A stretch of 64,000 bases of DNA from Eledone cirrhosa (Eukaryota), in contig OZ024741.1 in NCBI GenBank assembly GCA_964016885.1, positions 124,558,001-124,622,000 on the forward strand. The letters are read 5' to 3'. The stretch's first letter is position 1. Each line of letters begins with the position of its first letter. Below, in pieces: positions 36,374-48,324 of the stretch. The notes beneath the pieces were generated by a model. The model was not told where the DNA came from. It saw only the letters and a list, made by a program, of their open reading frames with translations, and searched no databases. The position numbers and the translations under genes were made by a program.

Positions 36374-36661
36374 ATATATATATATATATATATATATACT
36401 CATAAATCTAAAGAGTAGTTTGAAATATGAGATGTCAATTTTAGCGCATTCATCTGATATTTAACTGATATTTATAAAGAGAGACAGTTTCAACTTGTAC
36501 GTATACTTATACAGCGTTAAATAGCGAATGTTCTAGGAAGAAACACATCAATCCGATTATGAAGTACTCAATGATTCCGTATCAATACTTCAGTACAATT
36601 TATGAATGATTAATAGTTAACCTGCACATCATCCATTTCACTGTTGTGTTATTATTATTTC

Positions 36662-36765
36662 AGCCGAGGTTAACTTTGCCTTTCATCCATACGGGGTCGA
36701 TAAAATAAAGTACCAGTAATGTACTGGGTAAGTTGCTGGCCTTGTGCCAAAAGTAGAAACAATTA
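36662..36765 (+). mobile_element. SINE (main family) 3' part
   Basis: GCCGAGGTTAACTTTGCCTTTCATCC..GGCCTTGTGCCAAAAGTAGAAACAATTATT. Confidence 0.85.
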
Positions 36766-37010
36766 TTTCAGCATTTTAAATGTTGGGTTTGTATAGTATC
36801 ATAATTCACACTGATTTGGGGGGGGAGAGGTGTCGAAATATGACGCGGAAATATTGTCAGAGCTGTGTGTTACAAAGTAAAACAAAACAGAAATCGCAGA
36901 GAAAACATTTTGAAATAGAAATCTAGACAAAGGATATCCCTCTTCACTTTCTCTCTCTCACCTCTGTCACTCTCCCTTTACCTCTCTTTCTACCCCGCCC
37001 CCTCTCTCTT

Positions 37011-37090
<80 letters not shown>

Positions 37091-37791
37091 TATGTAAAAG
37101 CATGTTATAAGGTTTAGAAATGTTTAATCTTTTTAAAATGGCGTGCTATGTGGTGATAAAATGGATATATGTTATGTAAAACTCATGATTGAATTAGATA
37201 GGTAATTTTCATTCAAGTGTTTTTATATTGGAGTTCGTATATAGATATATATGTTGGTTGTAACTCAGATGTATTAAACATGGAATTTTCTTAGTTTGAG
37301 ATGTAAATGTTTTGAGATGTGTATGGTTTATAGATATGTGTTTAGTAAAAATAAATTCCACTGAATTACTGGCCATGTTGTTATAGTAAGTATATTATAC
37401 TATGCATTCCTAGCTTCAAATTTTCTATTAAGGTTTGCATCAATCGTTATTAGGCTGCTGATAAGCCGTTCAGTTGCTTTAACTTTATTAATGTACACAG
37501 GTAGTTGTGTAGGGGAGTTAATAACACAGGGAGGTAATTAAGATTGATAAATTCTTGGTTGTTTTATTATTGTAATAGTGTTATAAATTAATATTTATGA
37601 GATATAAATATTATTAATGGTTATTAGTTATATATAAAAAAAATGATTTGTTATTCTTATTTTTTCAAATTATGTGGAGAGAGTTAATTTTTTTTTCTAT
37701 ATCTATAACTAGATAGGGTTTTATATAGTTTATATATGTATCTATGATATATATATGTGTGAGAATGTATATATATATATATATATATATA

Positions 37792-38020
37792 CTAGCTGGT
37801 CTGTCCGGCTGGCGCTCGACTAGGTATACCTTCCCCCACCACTCCACTGCAAAGATACCACACACCCTCCCGTGTCACATTGTCCTTCCGACTCTCTCTC
37901 TCTTTCTCTGAATAACTAACACTTTAATTGTATCTCTCTCTGTCTAACGGCCTATCTCTCTCTTTTTCCCTCCCTCACTTTTTCTGTCTCTCTCGGTAGA
38001 TGTGTGTGTAGTTTTCCTAA

Positions 38021-38119
<99 letters not shown>

Positions 38120-38375
38120 ATATTAACGAGAGAGACGGAAACTAAAACAGTGTTGTCATATAGAGAGTGAAGAGCGACAGAGTGGGTAAAGCAGTTAAAT
38201 TATAGAGAGGGCGAATGATCTTACATACATACATACATATAAAGTATAGATATGTGTGTGTGGGGGGGGGGGGTTGTGTATGTGTATGTGTGTTTGTGTA
38301 TATGTGTATATGCATGTGTGTGCGTGTGTGTTTTGTTTTGATGTTATCCGGCAATTGGTGAAATCAGGTGTGAAA

Positions 38376-38426
<51 letters not shown>

Positions 38427-38778
38427 GTATGCGAGCGACGACAGAAAAATTATGTGGGATACATACATTATTATATTTGTCAGGGTTGCCTTTTGGTGTA
38501 TGTATTACCTGCTGTCATATAGAGAATGAACAGAGACAGAGAGTAAAGCAGTTAAATTATAGAGAGGGTGAAAGAAGGAGAGAGAAAGAGACGACGCTCA
38601 GCCTTATAAATTAGAGAGTAAAGGGCGACAGAGAGAGTAAAGCAGTTAAATTATAGAGAGGGGGGAATTATCTACTATAGAGAGAGGGAAGAGCGACGGA
38701 GAGAGTAAAGCTAACAAACTATAGGGAGGTGTGTAGGATACATACTACACACGACACTCAGCTTTATAATATTATAGA
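37792..38778 (-). mobile_element. Non-autonomous Helitron (family 2), inverted sister copy
   Basis: Reverse complement of 34674-35692 without the SINE; TC start and CTAG end between A and T. Confidence 0.75.
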
Positions 38779-39234
38779 TATTCAGATTGTGCAGAGAGTT
38801 GAAGTTTTTTATGACAAGATGGGGATTTATATAATATATACTGGAGTAATTGGTGTTATTACACTGTTTTCTGTTATTTAACTAGTGTTATATATTGTTA
38901 TATATTGAGAGTATATATTATTTATTTATTTGGTTATTTAGAAGAATTAGAAATGTATTAGGTGAGAGATCAAAGAAGGGGTTTATTAATATATATATAT
39001 GTGTAATGGTGCTATTTTGATAACCAAGAAGAAATATCGAACAGGATATAGGTTGGTGTGGTTTTTTAATTAAGGTGTAATTCTATAGTTACGTACATCT
39101 AATGGGATAAATTTAAAGGTGGTGGTCAAGTATTATCTCCCACATTGGTTTTTATTGTTTTTCAACCGTTTTAAACCTTTTATTCAAGTTTTAAATTTGA
39201 TAAAAGTTTATAAGAAGTGACCTACCTAATACAG

Positions 39235-41804
39235 GGGTTCACTCGTAAATAATACGGCACCCCTTTACGGGGTGGCGTATTGTGTAAAAATATTTTTGGA
39301 AAAAAAAAATTTCAACATGGATAACACAAGAAGGAGAGAGAGCGCTGTCAGACAACACGGGGAGAGGGAGACTTTATCAGCACGTCAACAAGACAGCGTT
39401 CCAGCGGAGGTAAATATAAACGAAAATATTACGAAGGAAAAGAGGAACAATATCATTTTTAATGTTATTGTTACAGATTTAAAATTCCAAAATATTTCTA
39501 ACACAAACAACACCAACAATAACACCAACAACAACACCATCAATAACAACAGCACCAACAAAAATAACAGCGGTAAAGTCGAGAACGACAATAACACAAA
39601 TAACAGCGGTAAGGTCGAGAACGACAACAACAATGGCAATAACAACAGCCACAACAACAATAATAGTAGGAACAGTATCAACAAAAACAACAATAATAAC
39701 AACAGCCACAATAACAGTAACAACAGCAACAGTATCAACGAAAACAACAACAACAACACCAACAACTGTACCAACGAAAACAACAACAATGACATCGATA
39801 CCTGTAATAGCGATCTCAGCACCACCAGTAAGACCAGTAGCGACAGCAATAGTGGTGGTGCTGAAAAAGGGACCACTTCTTTTGCAGTTGTCGCCCAAAA
39901 TATCGAAACAATGTTAGTTACAGAGGAGGAGATGGCAGTCGCAAGGGCCATGGTGACAAGAAGCGCCAATAGAGTCTCCCTGAAACCTCCACCCGATTTT
40001 TTCAAGGACCAGCAGCTACGGACGGTGACTTACCGCACCGTAAGCAAAATCTCACATCGGGTGGCGAGAGCCACGGAGGCTCAAATCCCAAAGGCCTTGG
40101 GGTGCGTCTGGGCACGCAAAACGCACATCACCAGAGGCAGAAAGTACACCACAGTAGACGTACTTTTCGCCACCCCCCAAGAAGCGAAGTCTCACTCTTT
40201 GGAAACCCTAAAGAGTGAGGAGTTAGTCTTGATGCCTTCCTACTGCGGGCAGAAAATTATGAGGGTCAAAGTGACCCAGGTCGCACCCGACGTGCCCATA
40301 CCTTGGCTGGCCGAGTCTATCCTTGCTGGAATCGAGGACAGGACGACCATGCTGCAAGTAGAGAAAATAGGGAGAGAGAACTGGTCAGGTATAGGCATGC
40401 AAATGCTTATACAAACTGACCAGGAGTGTAGCGACCCTATCCCCGATATCATAGACATTGAGGAAGGACTCCAACTCCCTATAAGCGTAGAAGGAAGACG
40501 GCCAAAATGTTGTCTCTGTAGGTCAAAGGGTTACCTCAGGGACATTTGCCCGCAGAAGAAGACAGCGAAGAAGAAAGCCCCTCTCCTTCCAATACCTGGT
40601 CCGCTGCTATCAAGGGCATGGCATCCCGTTGCGTAGTGGCGGACTGGGCATGCCATGGCTGATGTTGCGCAAATATGCGCTGAGGCTGCGACATCTCTGG
40701 TGCTTCCTTGACAGTGAACAGGTGTGGTCGCCGTTCCCCAGGCACGTTTCCCACAGCTCGTCTCCTTGACGGAGCTGCAGTCCTGGGTCAGGAAAAGGAC
40801 GAGGGATAGCGATTGGAAACTGGAATGTCTCCAGGCACTCACTGCGATCTGCCAGCTTGGCACCAGTATCGGTGGAACATCCACCTCGGCGTTCTATAGC
40901 GGACTAGTGTAGAGGAAGAACGCCGACGTTCTCAGAGAGATCCTGGGCGTCGAAGAAGATCAGCTGTTTGCTCTCTTCCGGGGAACTTTCAGCCCAGGAC
41001 CTATGGATAACTTTCAAAAATCCCTGGCCTGGCAGTGCTACCGGGGATCGTTGCCGGTTCGAGATAAGCTCTACAGGCACGGAAGTGCCATCAGCCGAGC
41101 CTGTCCGAGATGCGTGCAGAGCGACGAAACCGTCGTGCACGTACTCGTTCAGTGCCCGAGCATTGCTGACTTGTGGAGCTATGTCGAACAGTTGCTGTCG
41201 CGTGTAGGACTGATCCGATTATCGACTTAGTCCATTGTGCAGATGGTCTTGCCGTCTTCCTTTGAGGAGGAAGGGCAGGCGGTTTTCATCTGTCTGGTGG
41301 CCATGGCGAAAAAGATTGTGTGGTGGACAAGGTTGAAAGGGTTAAAGACGGATACTTTCCTCTTCGACGAATCCCTGATTAACTTTTTCAAGTTTCATTT
41401 GAAGAGGAAAATCAGGGTGGAGAGGAATGTGCTGCCTTCTAGCAAGTTTGTTGAAAGGTGGGGGAATGTAGCGAGAATGGTCCGAGTGAACGAGACCGCT
41501 CTGAATATACGTCTGTAGTTTGAAAAATGGGACAAATTGAGGATAGACGCTTGCCCTGGTGGTCAGCGTGGCCGTGGTTTTCGCCACGAGTAACCACCGG
41601 AGGTTCCCCCCCTATTAGGGAATGTTTCATTGTTTCAATCTTCATGTTTATTGTTTATATATATATATATATATGTTTCCATGTGGGTTTTTTTTTCTTA
41701 TATAAATAATAAAAATATTTACACGCACAAAACCCACATCGTACCGTCCTGTACCGTCTGTAATGTTTTTCTTGATGTCAGCCCTTGTGGCCAATAAAGA
41801 ATTC
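39235..41804 (+). mobile_element. Tx1/L1-clade LINE with a large internal deletion (ORF1 fused to the 3' end of ORF2)
   Basis: ORF1 joins at ~40600 to sequence homologous to 53340-54510 (CPRC..ET..H...QC zinc finger); 3' end GCCCTTGTGGCCAATAAA then (ATT)n. The 5' boundary is approximate. Confidence 0.85.
39272..40636 (+). CDS. LINE ORF1-like nucleic-acid-binding protein (Asn-rich N-terminus, degenerate CCHC knuckle)
   Basis: 454-aa open frame with an AAC-rich tract and VEGRRPKCCLCRSKGYLRDICP; parallels EGERPQCFVCGEKAHLLAFCP at ~49890-49950. Confidence 0.7.
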   Translation: MAYCVKIFLEKKNFNMDNTRRRESAVRQHGERETLSARQQDSVPAEVNINENITKEKRNNIIFNVIVTDLKFQNISNTNNTNNNTNNNTINNNSTNKNNSGKVENDNNTNNSGKVENDNNNGNNNSHNNNNSRNSINKNNNNNNSHNNSNNSNSINENNNNNTNNCTNENNNNDIDTCNSDLSTTSKTSSDSNSGGAEKGTTSFAVVAQNIETMLVTEEEMAVARAMVTRSANRVSLKPPPDFFKDQQLRTVTYRTVSKISHRVARATEAQIPKALGCVWARKTHITRGRKYTTVDVLFATPQEAKSHSLETLKSEELVLMPSYCGQKIMRVKVTQVAPDVPIPWLAESILAGIEDRTTMLQVEKIGRENWSGIGMQMLIQTDQECSDPIPDIIDIEEGLQLPISVEGRRPKCCLCRSKGYLRDICPQKKTAKKKAPLLPIPGPLLSRAWHPVA

Positions 41805-41829
41805 ATTATTATAATTATTATAATTATTA

Positions 41830-44800
41830 TTGTTGTTATTACTCTTTGAGTCTCAGTCATTGATGTTAGTTAACTGGAAAGTTTGTTGAAATGAATATCA
41901 AGCCACTACCTGCAGCCTCAGATATTCAGGACGTATCGAAGGGTTCTTGCCGTTTCCAGCAAGCATGCCTTTTGAAGCGTTCCAAAAAGCGTGAAGGGGC
42001 CAATTTTCTTTAACCATCACTGGAAACCTTTTGAGATAGTCCCCAGTGCGCTTATGACAATCGGGATCACCTTGACTTCATGGCAGTTCAAATCCTTTTT
42101 ACCTCCCACTTTAAGTCCTGGTATCGGTTAATTTTCTCCCTCTCCTTCTCTTGCACTCTCGTGTCGAATGGGCAGGCCACATCCACAATCAGGCACGATC
42201 TTTTTTCTTTGTCCACAACCACCAGGTCAGGTCTATTGTGTTCCAGTTTCTTGTCCGTCTGTATCCTTAAATCCCACAGCACCTTCACCTGATCGTTTTC
42301 TATCACCGCCTCTGGCTTATGCTCATACTACTTCTCAGAATGTGGTAAATTGTTTACTTTGCATAGGTTCCAGTGGATCACCCTGCCCATCACATCATGT
42401 CTCTAGCCCTTATAGTGAGTCTGGGCTAGGTGTTTACACGCGGATACAATGTGAGCCACAGTCTCCTCTCTCTCTCCACAGATCCTGCACAGTGGGCTAG
42501 CCTCCTCCTTGTAAATATTGTGTTTCAACCACTTTGTTTTGAGGGCCTGCTCCTGCGCAGCCATTAACATTCCTTCTGTAGCCTTTTTAAGGTCTCCTCT
42601 TTTCAACCAGTTCCATGTCTGTGGATCTCTAAATTCAGTTTTCTCAAAGAAGGTACTATGAAGGGATTTTTCCTGAAGGCTGCTCTCACTCCTTGATGTT
42701 ATTTCCTCCTTGGACATCCCCTGGCCTATTGTCCCCTCCTTCAGTACAGTTCTGAGCATTGGCTCCTTACTATCAGTTACGTATTTGTGTAGGTTGTTTT
42801 TCTCCATCTGAACACAGTCCTCTATGCTGATAAGACCTCTTTCACCTTCAGATCTCCTTAAGTAGAGTCTATCGACATCACTCCTCTTGTGGAACATGTT
42901 GTAGATAGTCAATAGCTTCCTAGTCTTCCTATCCATTTCTTTTTGTTCAGCAACATTCCATCTCAGAATTCCCGCACTGTACCTAATAATAGACACAGCT
43001 CGGGAATTTACTGCACTTATGGCATTCCTACAGTTCAGATGTGACTTTAATACGATCCTTACTCTCCGAATGTATTCAGTTCTTATCAATTCCTTCAATT
43101 TTTTCTTCTAGATGTCATCAGCCCCCAGAACGCCCAAATACTTGTATCCTTCTTCAGAGTCAATTTCCTTTATCCTCTCACCTGTTGGTACCTGGATTCC
43201 GTTACTTCTGCTCAACTTACCCCTCCTCATCACAATGACTCCACACTTACTAATACCAAATTGCATACATATATCATTGCTGAAAATACGGACAGTGTCA
43301 ACAAGCACATCCAACTCCTTCTCACTCTTCCCGAAGTGCTTAAGATCGTCCATGAAGAGGAGCTGATTGATGGTAAGCCCTCCCTTTTCCAACCTGTATT
43401 CTGCTCTCACTTTTCGCAGTACACTGGTCAGGGGCATCAGGGCAAGGACAAACAACAGAGGGGTAAGACTATCTCCCTGGAAGATACGTCTCTTGATCTT
43501 CACGCCTCCCAAGGATTCTCCAGTTGATGTTAATTCTGTTTCCCAGGACTTCATACTTTTACCCAACAACTGTCTGATGTTATCTGCCACCTTGAAGATC
43601 TCCAGGCTTTTGGTGATCTAAGAATGAGGCACCATGTCAAATGCCTTTTTGTAGTCTATCGATCACATGGCAAGACCAGTGTGTCTCCTCTTGCAATTCC
43701 TCATTACCATCTTATCAATAAGTAACTGGTCCTTTGTACCACGTGACTTCTTTCGGCATCCTTTCTGTTCGTCCGGTAACAAGTTGTTTGTTGGGAGGTG
43801 ATGGTAGATTTCCTCAGACATAATGCTTGTCAACAGTTTCCACATTACGGACAAACATGTGATAGGTCTATAGTTGGTAACATCATTACCCTTGATTCGG
43901 TCTTTCATTATCAGAACTGTGGTACCTTTTGTCAACCACTCTGGTACCTCACCTTACATCAAGCAGTCATTGAATATGGTTGTCAGTTTCGGGTGGAGGG
44001 ATGTTATATGTTTAATACAATACCCCTGCACACCATCTGGGCCTGATGATTTCCAGTTGGTTAGCTTTTTGGTCTACCCTTTAAGAGTTTCAACTGTGAT
44101 ACTCAAATCAGTTTGTTGGTGTGCCTGTTCACTAATCTCCTTCTGTACTGTCTCAATCCACACTGCCTGGTCATTATGTTTAACATCCCGCTCTCATATT
44201 CCTCTCCAGAATGTTTTAGTTTGTTCCGCCTCAGGGATCAAGTCGTTGCCTCTTTCTTTCCCTTCAAGCTGTCCAAACAGCATCTTCTGGTTGTTGTCGA
44301 ACATGCAGTTCTGTCTATACTGACTGACTCTGTTCTCGTATCGCCTGATTTTTGCACTATTTGCTACAATGCGTTGCTTCAGTTCCTCTATGATAATATT
44401 TAGCTTTTTCCTCCTAGTTTTGTACTTTATTTCCAGTTTATTTTTAGTGTCTATGTTTTTTAGTGTCCCATTCAGTAGGGACTCAAGCTTTCCAATGTCA
44501 TTTCTCATTTCCCCGATTTGCCCTCTCAGTCGTTTCTTCCACCAAGGCTCTGCTCTTTCTTGTCTGTTGTTTCCTCTCGCTTTTATACCAATTAGTTTCC
44601 TCACCGTATTTGCTGTTGCTTTGAGGATATGGTTGCACTGGTGAAGGCTCCTCGCCTCAAGGTATGGGATGATTTTGTTTACCTTAGCTGTTGTTTCTTT
44701 TAACTTTTTCCTGTCTACAAATCTTAGGTTCATAGGTCTCCCACTATCATTGTTCAATTCATCTACCACTAAGTTTAGGATATCAACCAAATCTTGTCCT

Positions 44801-44994
44801 AGCCCGTCAGCATTCATCTCCTCAGTGGCCGTATCTCTGTTTCAGGTATCATTTATCTCAGCATTCAGATCATTGTCTGCTTCGGGTGGTTCCTCCGTTC
44901 TCTCGACCTCTTCACCTTCATTTCCCACTGGCTCGTTTGCCTGCATACTCCACTCTCCATCTACAAGCTAATCTCTCTGCTCAGTTCCTCCAGT
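41830..44994 (-). mobile_element. R4/Dong-like RLE LINE copy A (5'-truncated, frameshifted)
   Basis: [63 protein letters not shown]; 3' end runs into (TAA)n. Confidence 0.9.
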
Positions 44995-45019
44995 TTATTA
45001 TTATTATTATTATTATTAT

Positions 45020-47840
45020 TGTTGTTATTCCTTGAATCTCAGTCATTGATGTTGGTTAACTGGAAAGTCCGTTGGAATGAATATCAAGCCACTACCTGCA
45101 GCCTCAGATATTCAGGACGTATCGGAGGGTTCTTGCTGTTCCAAGCAAGCATGCCTTTTGAAGCGTTCCAAAAAGCGTGAAGGGGCCGATTTTCTTTAAC
45201 CATCCCTGGAAACTTTTGGAGATAGTCCCCAGTGCGCCTATGACAATCGGGATCACTTTGACTTCATGGCAGTTCCAAATCCTTTTCACCTCCCACTTTA
45301 GGTCCTGGTATCGGTTGATTTTCTCCCTCTCCTTCTCTTGCACTCTCGTGTCGAACGGGCAGGCCACATCCACAATCAGACACGATCTTTTTTCTTTGTC
45401 CACAACCACCAGGTCAGGTCTATTGTGTTCCAGTTTTTTGTCCGTCTGTATCCTAAAATCCCACAGCACCTTCACCTGATTGTTCTCCATCACCGCCTCC
45501 GGCCTATGCTCATACCATTTCTCAGAATGTGGTAAATTGTTTACTTCGCACAGGTGCCAGTGGATCACCCTGCCCATCACATCGTGTCTCCAGCCCTTAT
45601 AGTGGGTCTGGGCTAGGTGTTTACACTCGGACACAATGTGAGCCACAGTCTCCTCTCTCTCTCCACAGATCCTGCACAGTGGGCTAGCCTCCTCCTTGTA
45701 AATATGGTGCTTCAACCACTTCGTTTTGAGGGCCTGCTCCTGCGCAGCCATTATCATTCCTTCTGTAGCCTGTTTGAGGTCTCCTCTTCTCAACCAGTTC
45801 CATGTCTGTGGATCTCTAAATTCAGTTTTCTCAAAGAAGGTACTATGAAGGGATTTTCCCTTAAGGCTGCTCTTCCTCCTTGATGTTATTTCCTCCTTGG
45901 ACATCCCCTGGCCTACTGTCCCCTCCTTCAGTACAGTTTTGAGCATTGGCTCCTTACTATCAGTCACGTATTTGTATAGGTTGTTTTTCTCCATCTGAAC
46001 ACAGTCCTCTATGCTGATAAGACCTCTTCCAACCTCAGATCTCCTTAGGTAGAGTCTATCGACATCACTCCTCTTGTGGAACATGTTGTAGATAGTCAAT
46101 AGCTTCCTAGTCTTCCTATCCATTTCTTTTTGTTCAGCAACATTCCATCTCAGAATTCCCGCACTGTACCTAATAATAGACACAGCTCGGGAATTTACTG
46201 CGCTTATGGCATTTCTGCTGTTCAGATGTGACTTCAATACGCTACTTACACTCCGAATGTATTCAGTTCTTAACAATTCCTTCATTTTTTTGTTCTTTAT
46301 GCCATCAGCCTCCAGAACGCCCAAATACTTGTATCCTTCCTCAGAGTCAATTTCCTTTATCATCTCACCTGTTGGTATCTGGATCCCGCTACTTCTGCTC
46401 AACCTACCCCTCCTCATCACAATGACTCCACATTTACCAATACCAAACTGCATACATATATCACTGCTGAAAATACGGACAGTGTCAACAAGCACATCCA
46501 ACTCCTTCTCACATTTCCCGAAGAGCTTAAGATCGTCCATGAAGAGGAGGTGATTGATGGTAAGCTCTCCCCTTCCCAACTTGTATCCTGCTCTCACTTT
46601 TCGCAGCATAATGGTCAAGGGCATAAGGGCAAGGACAAACAACAGAGGGGACAGGCTATCTCCCTGGAAGATACCTCTCTTGATCTTCACGCTTCCCAAG
46701 GATACTCCAGTTGATGTCAACTCTGTCTCCCAGGACCCCATACTTCTGCCCAGCAACTGTCTGATGTGATCTGCCACCCTGAAGATCTCCAGGCTTTTGG
46801 TTATCCAAGAATGAGGCACCATGTCAAATGCCTTTCTGTAGTCTATCCATCCCATGGCAAGATCAGTGTGTCTCCTCCTGCAATTCCCCATTACCATCTT
46901 ATCAATTTGCCCACTCAGTCGCTTCTTCCACCACGGCTCTGCTCTTTCTTGTCTGTTGTTTCCTCTCACTTTTATACCAAGTAGTTTCCTCACCGTATTT
47001 GCTGTTGCTTTGAGGATATTGTTGCACTGGTGAAGGCTCCTCGCCTCAAGGTATGGGATGACTTTGTTTACCTTAGCTGTTGTTTCTTTTAACTTTTTCC
47101 TGTCTACAAATCTTAGGTTCATAGGTCTCCCACTATCATTGTTCAATTCATCTACCACTAAATTTAGGATGTCAACCGAATCTTGTCCTAGCCCGTCAGC
47201 ATTCATCTCCTCAGTGGCCGTATCTCTGTTCCAGGTATTATTTATCTCAGTATTCAGATCATTGTCTGCTTCGGGTGGTTCCTCCGTTCTCAGGACCAAT
47301 TCACCTTCATTTCCCACTGGCTCGCTTGTCTGGCATACTACACCCGCCATCTCCAAGCCATTCTCTCTGCTCAGTTCCTCCAGTTCCAGCTCGCTTATCC
47401 ACCCATTAGTTCTTATTACCCGAGCCTGCCCGGCCAATTTTTGTTCATCTAATTTAAATAAACCAATCTCGTTCCAGATGTTATGCATCCGTCTCCTGTA
47501 GCCCCTCTCCTTGGGGTTACTTTTCAGGTAGCATTGCATAACAGTTCTATTCAATTCTTTCGTCCAGTTGGTTCTGGCCCCTTTCCTTCTTCTTCTTCCT
47601 CCAACATCAGCAGTATTTTGTTGACAGTCAGGTTCCTGCTGCTGAGCCAGGGGGCACCTGTTGGGTGAGAGTCTGTCACATGACGTTCTAGTCTCCATTT
47701 CACCGTTATTCGAACTGTTTATGTTCGATATTTAAACACTCTTATCGAGGATTGGCGAATGTATGGTTACATAGCCATCTGTGGATCCGCCATCCCACTT
47801 GGCCCTTGTGTGGCATTATCACCACGCTGTATACGAACAC
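45020..47840 (-). mobile_element. R4/Dong-like RLE LINE copy B (5' UTR present, internal in-frame deletion)
   Basis: Closely similar to copy A; (TAA)n tail at 44995-45029; 5' UTR homologous to 58135-58263. Confidence 0.9.
45104..47698 (-). CDS. RT (N-terminal motifs deleted) - CCHC zinc knuckle - restriction-like endonuclease
   Basis: Uninterrupted 864-aa ORF: WIDYRKAFDMVPH, RGIFQGDSLSPLLF, LLFMDDLK, YKYLG, CRIC..H...C, RHD, RPD..D..P, KxxRY. Lacks the KSPGPDG/NYRPI/EQKG block present in copies A and C. Confidence 0.88.
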   Translation of the reverse strand: METRTSCDRLSPNRCPLAQQQEPDCQQNTADVGGRRRRKGARTNWTKELNRTVMQCYLKSNPKERGYRRRMHNIWNEIGLFKLDEQKLAGQARVIRTNGWISELELEELSRENGLEMAGVVCQTSEPVGNEGELVLRTEEPPEADNDLNTEINNTWNRDTATEEMNADGLGQDSVDILNLVVDELNNDSGRPMNLRFVDRKKLKETTAKVNKVIPYLEARSLHQCNNILKATANTVRKLLGIKVRGNNRQERAEPWWKKRLSGQIDKMVMGNCRRRHTDLAMGWIDYRKAFDMVPHSWITKSLEIFRVADHIRQLLGRSMGSWETELTSTGVSLGSVKIKRGIFQGDSLSPLLFVLALMPLTIMLRKVRAGYKLGRGELTINHLLFMDDLKLFGKCEKELDVLVDTVRIFSSDICMQFGIGKCGVIVMRRGRLSRSSGIQIPTGEMIKEIDSEEGYKYLGVLEADGIKNKKMKELLRTEYIRSVSSVLKSHLNSRNAISAVNSRAVSIIRYSAGILRWNVAEQKEMDRKTRKLLTIYNMFHKRSDVDRLYLRRSEVGRGLISIEDCVQMEKNNLYKYVTDSKEPMLKTVLKEGTVGQGMSKEEITSRRKSSLKGKSLHSTFFEKTEFRDPQTWNWLRRGDLKQATEGMIMAAQEQALKTKWLKHHIYKEEASPLCRICGEREETVAHIVSECKHLAQTHYKGWRHDVMGRVIHWHLCEVNNLPHSEKWYEHRPEAVMENNQVKVLWDFRIQTDKKLEHNRPDLVVVDKEKRSCLIVDVACPFDTRVQEKEREKINRYQDLKWEVKRIWNCHEVKVIPIVIGALGTISKSFQGWLKKIGPFTLFGTLQKACLLGTARTLRYVLNI

Positions 47841-48280
47841 ACATAAACAAACAAACACACAGGCAGAAAGGGCCCCAAAAATGAATAAGCATAAGTTTCA
47901 TTGTAATGTAGTGTTCGAATGCCTGACTTAGTTTTTGTTTTTTAAGTTTTAGTTTTTCGCCCCTCTTCTCTGTCCGTCCGCCTGCTTCTCTCTTCATTCT
48001 TATTTTCTTTACGTTTTGGGGGTTTCTTTTTTTGTTTTTGTTTTTCTCTGTTTGTTTTTCTCGTTTTTGATGTTGTTGCTGTGCTGCTTTGGTTTTGTTG
48101 TTTGTTTTTTCTTTTTTCTTCTGAGTCTATCTATATATTTTGATGCCTTCCTCTTTGTTAGTAGTAGGAATTCTATAATGTGGAAGTAGCAGCCAGCAGG
48201 GAGAAGTGGGAGACTGGCGGCGGTAGCGATACTGAGACAGTGGTGGTGGTGATGTCGATACCGAGGCAGTGGTGGCGGTG

Positions 48281-48324
<44 letters not shown>

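Noticed and set aside
37130-39230. AT-rich segments flanking the Helitron that may be an old PLE RT/GIY-YIG remnant (also 31080-31350)
   Set aside because: Only vague motif echoes; too decayed to call without an HMM search.
39385-40005. 206-aa Leu-rich minus-strand ORF that looks like a membrane protein (similar at 48735-49304)
   Set aside because: It is the antisense reading of the AAC-rich ORF1 tract.
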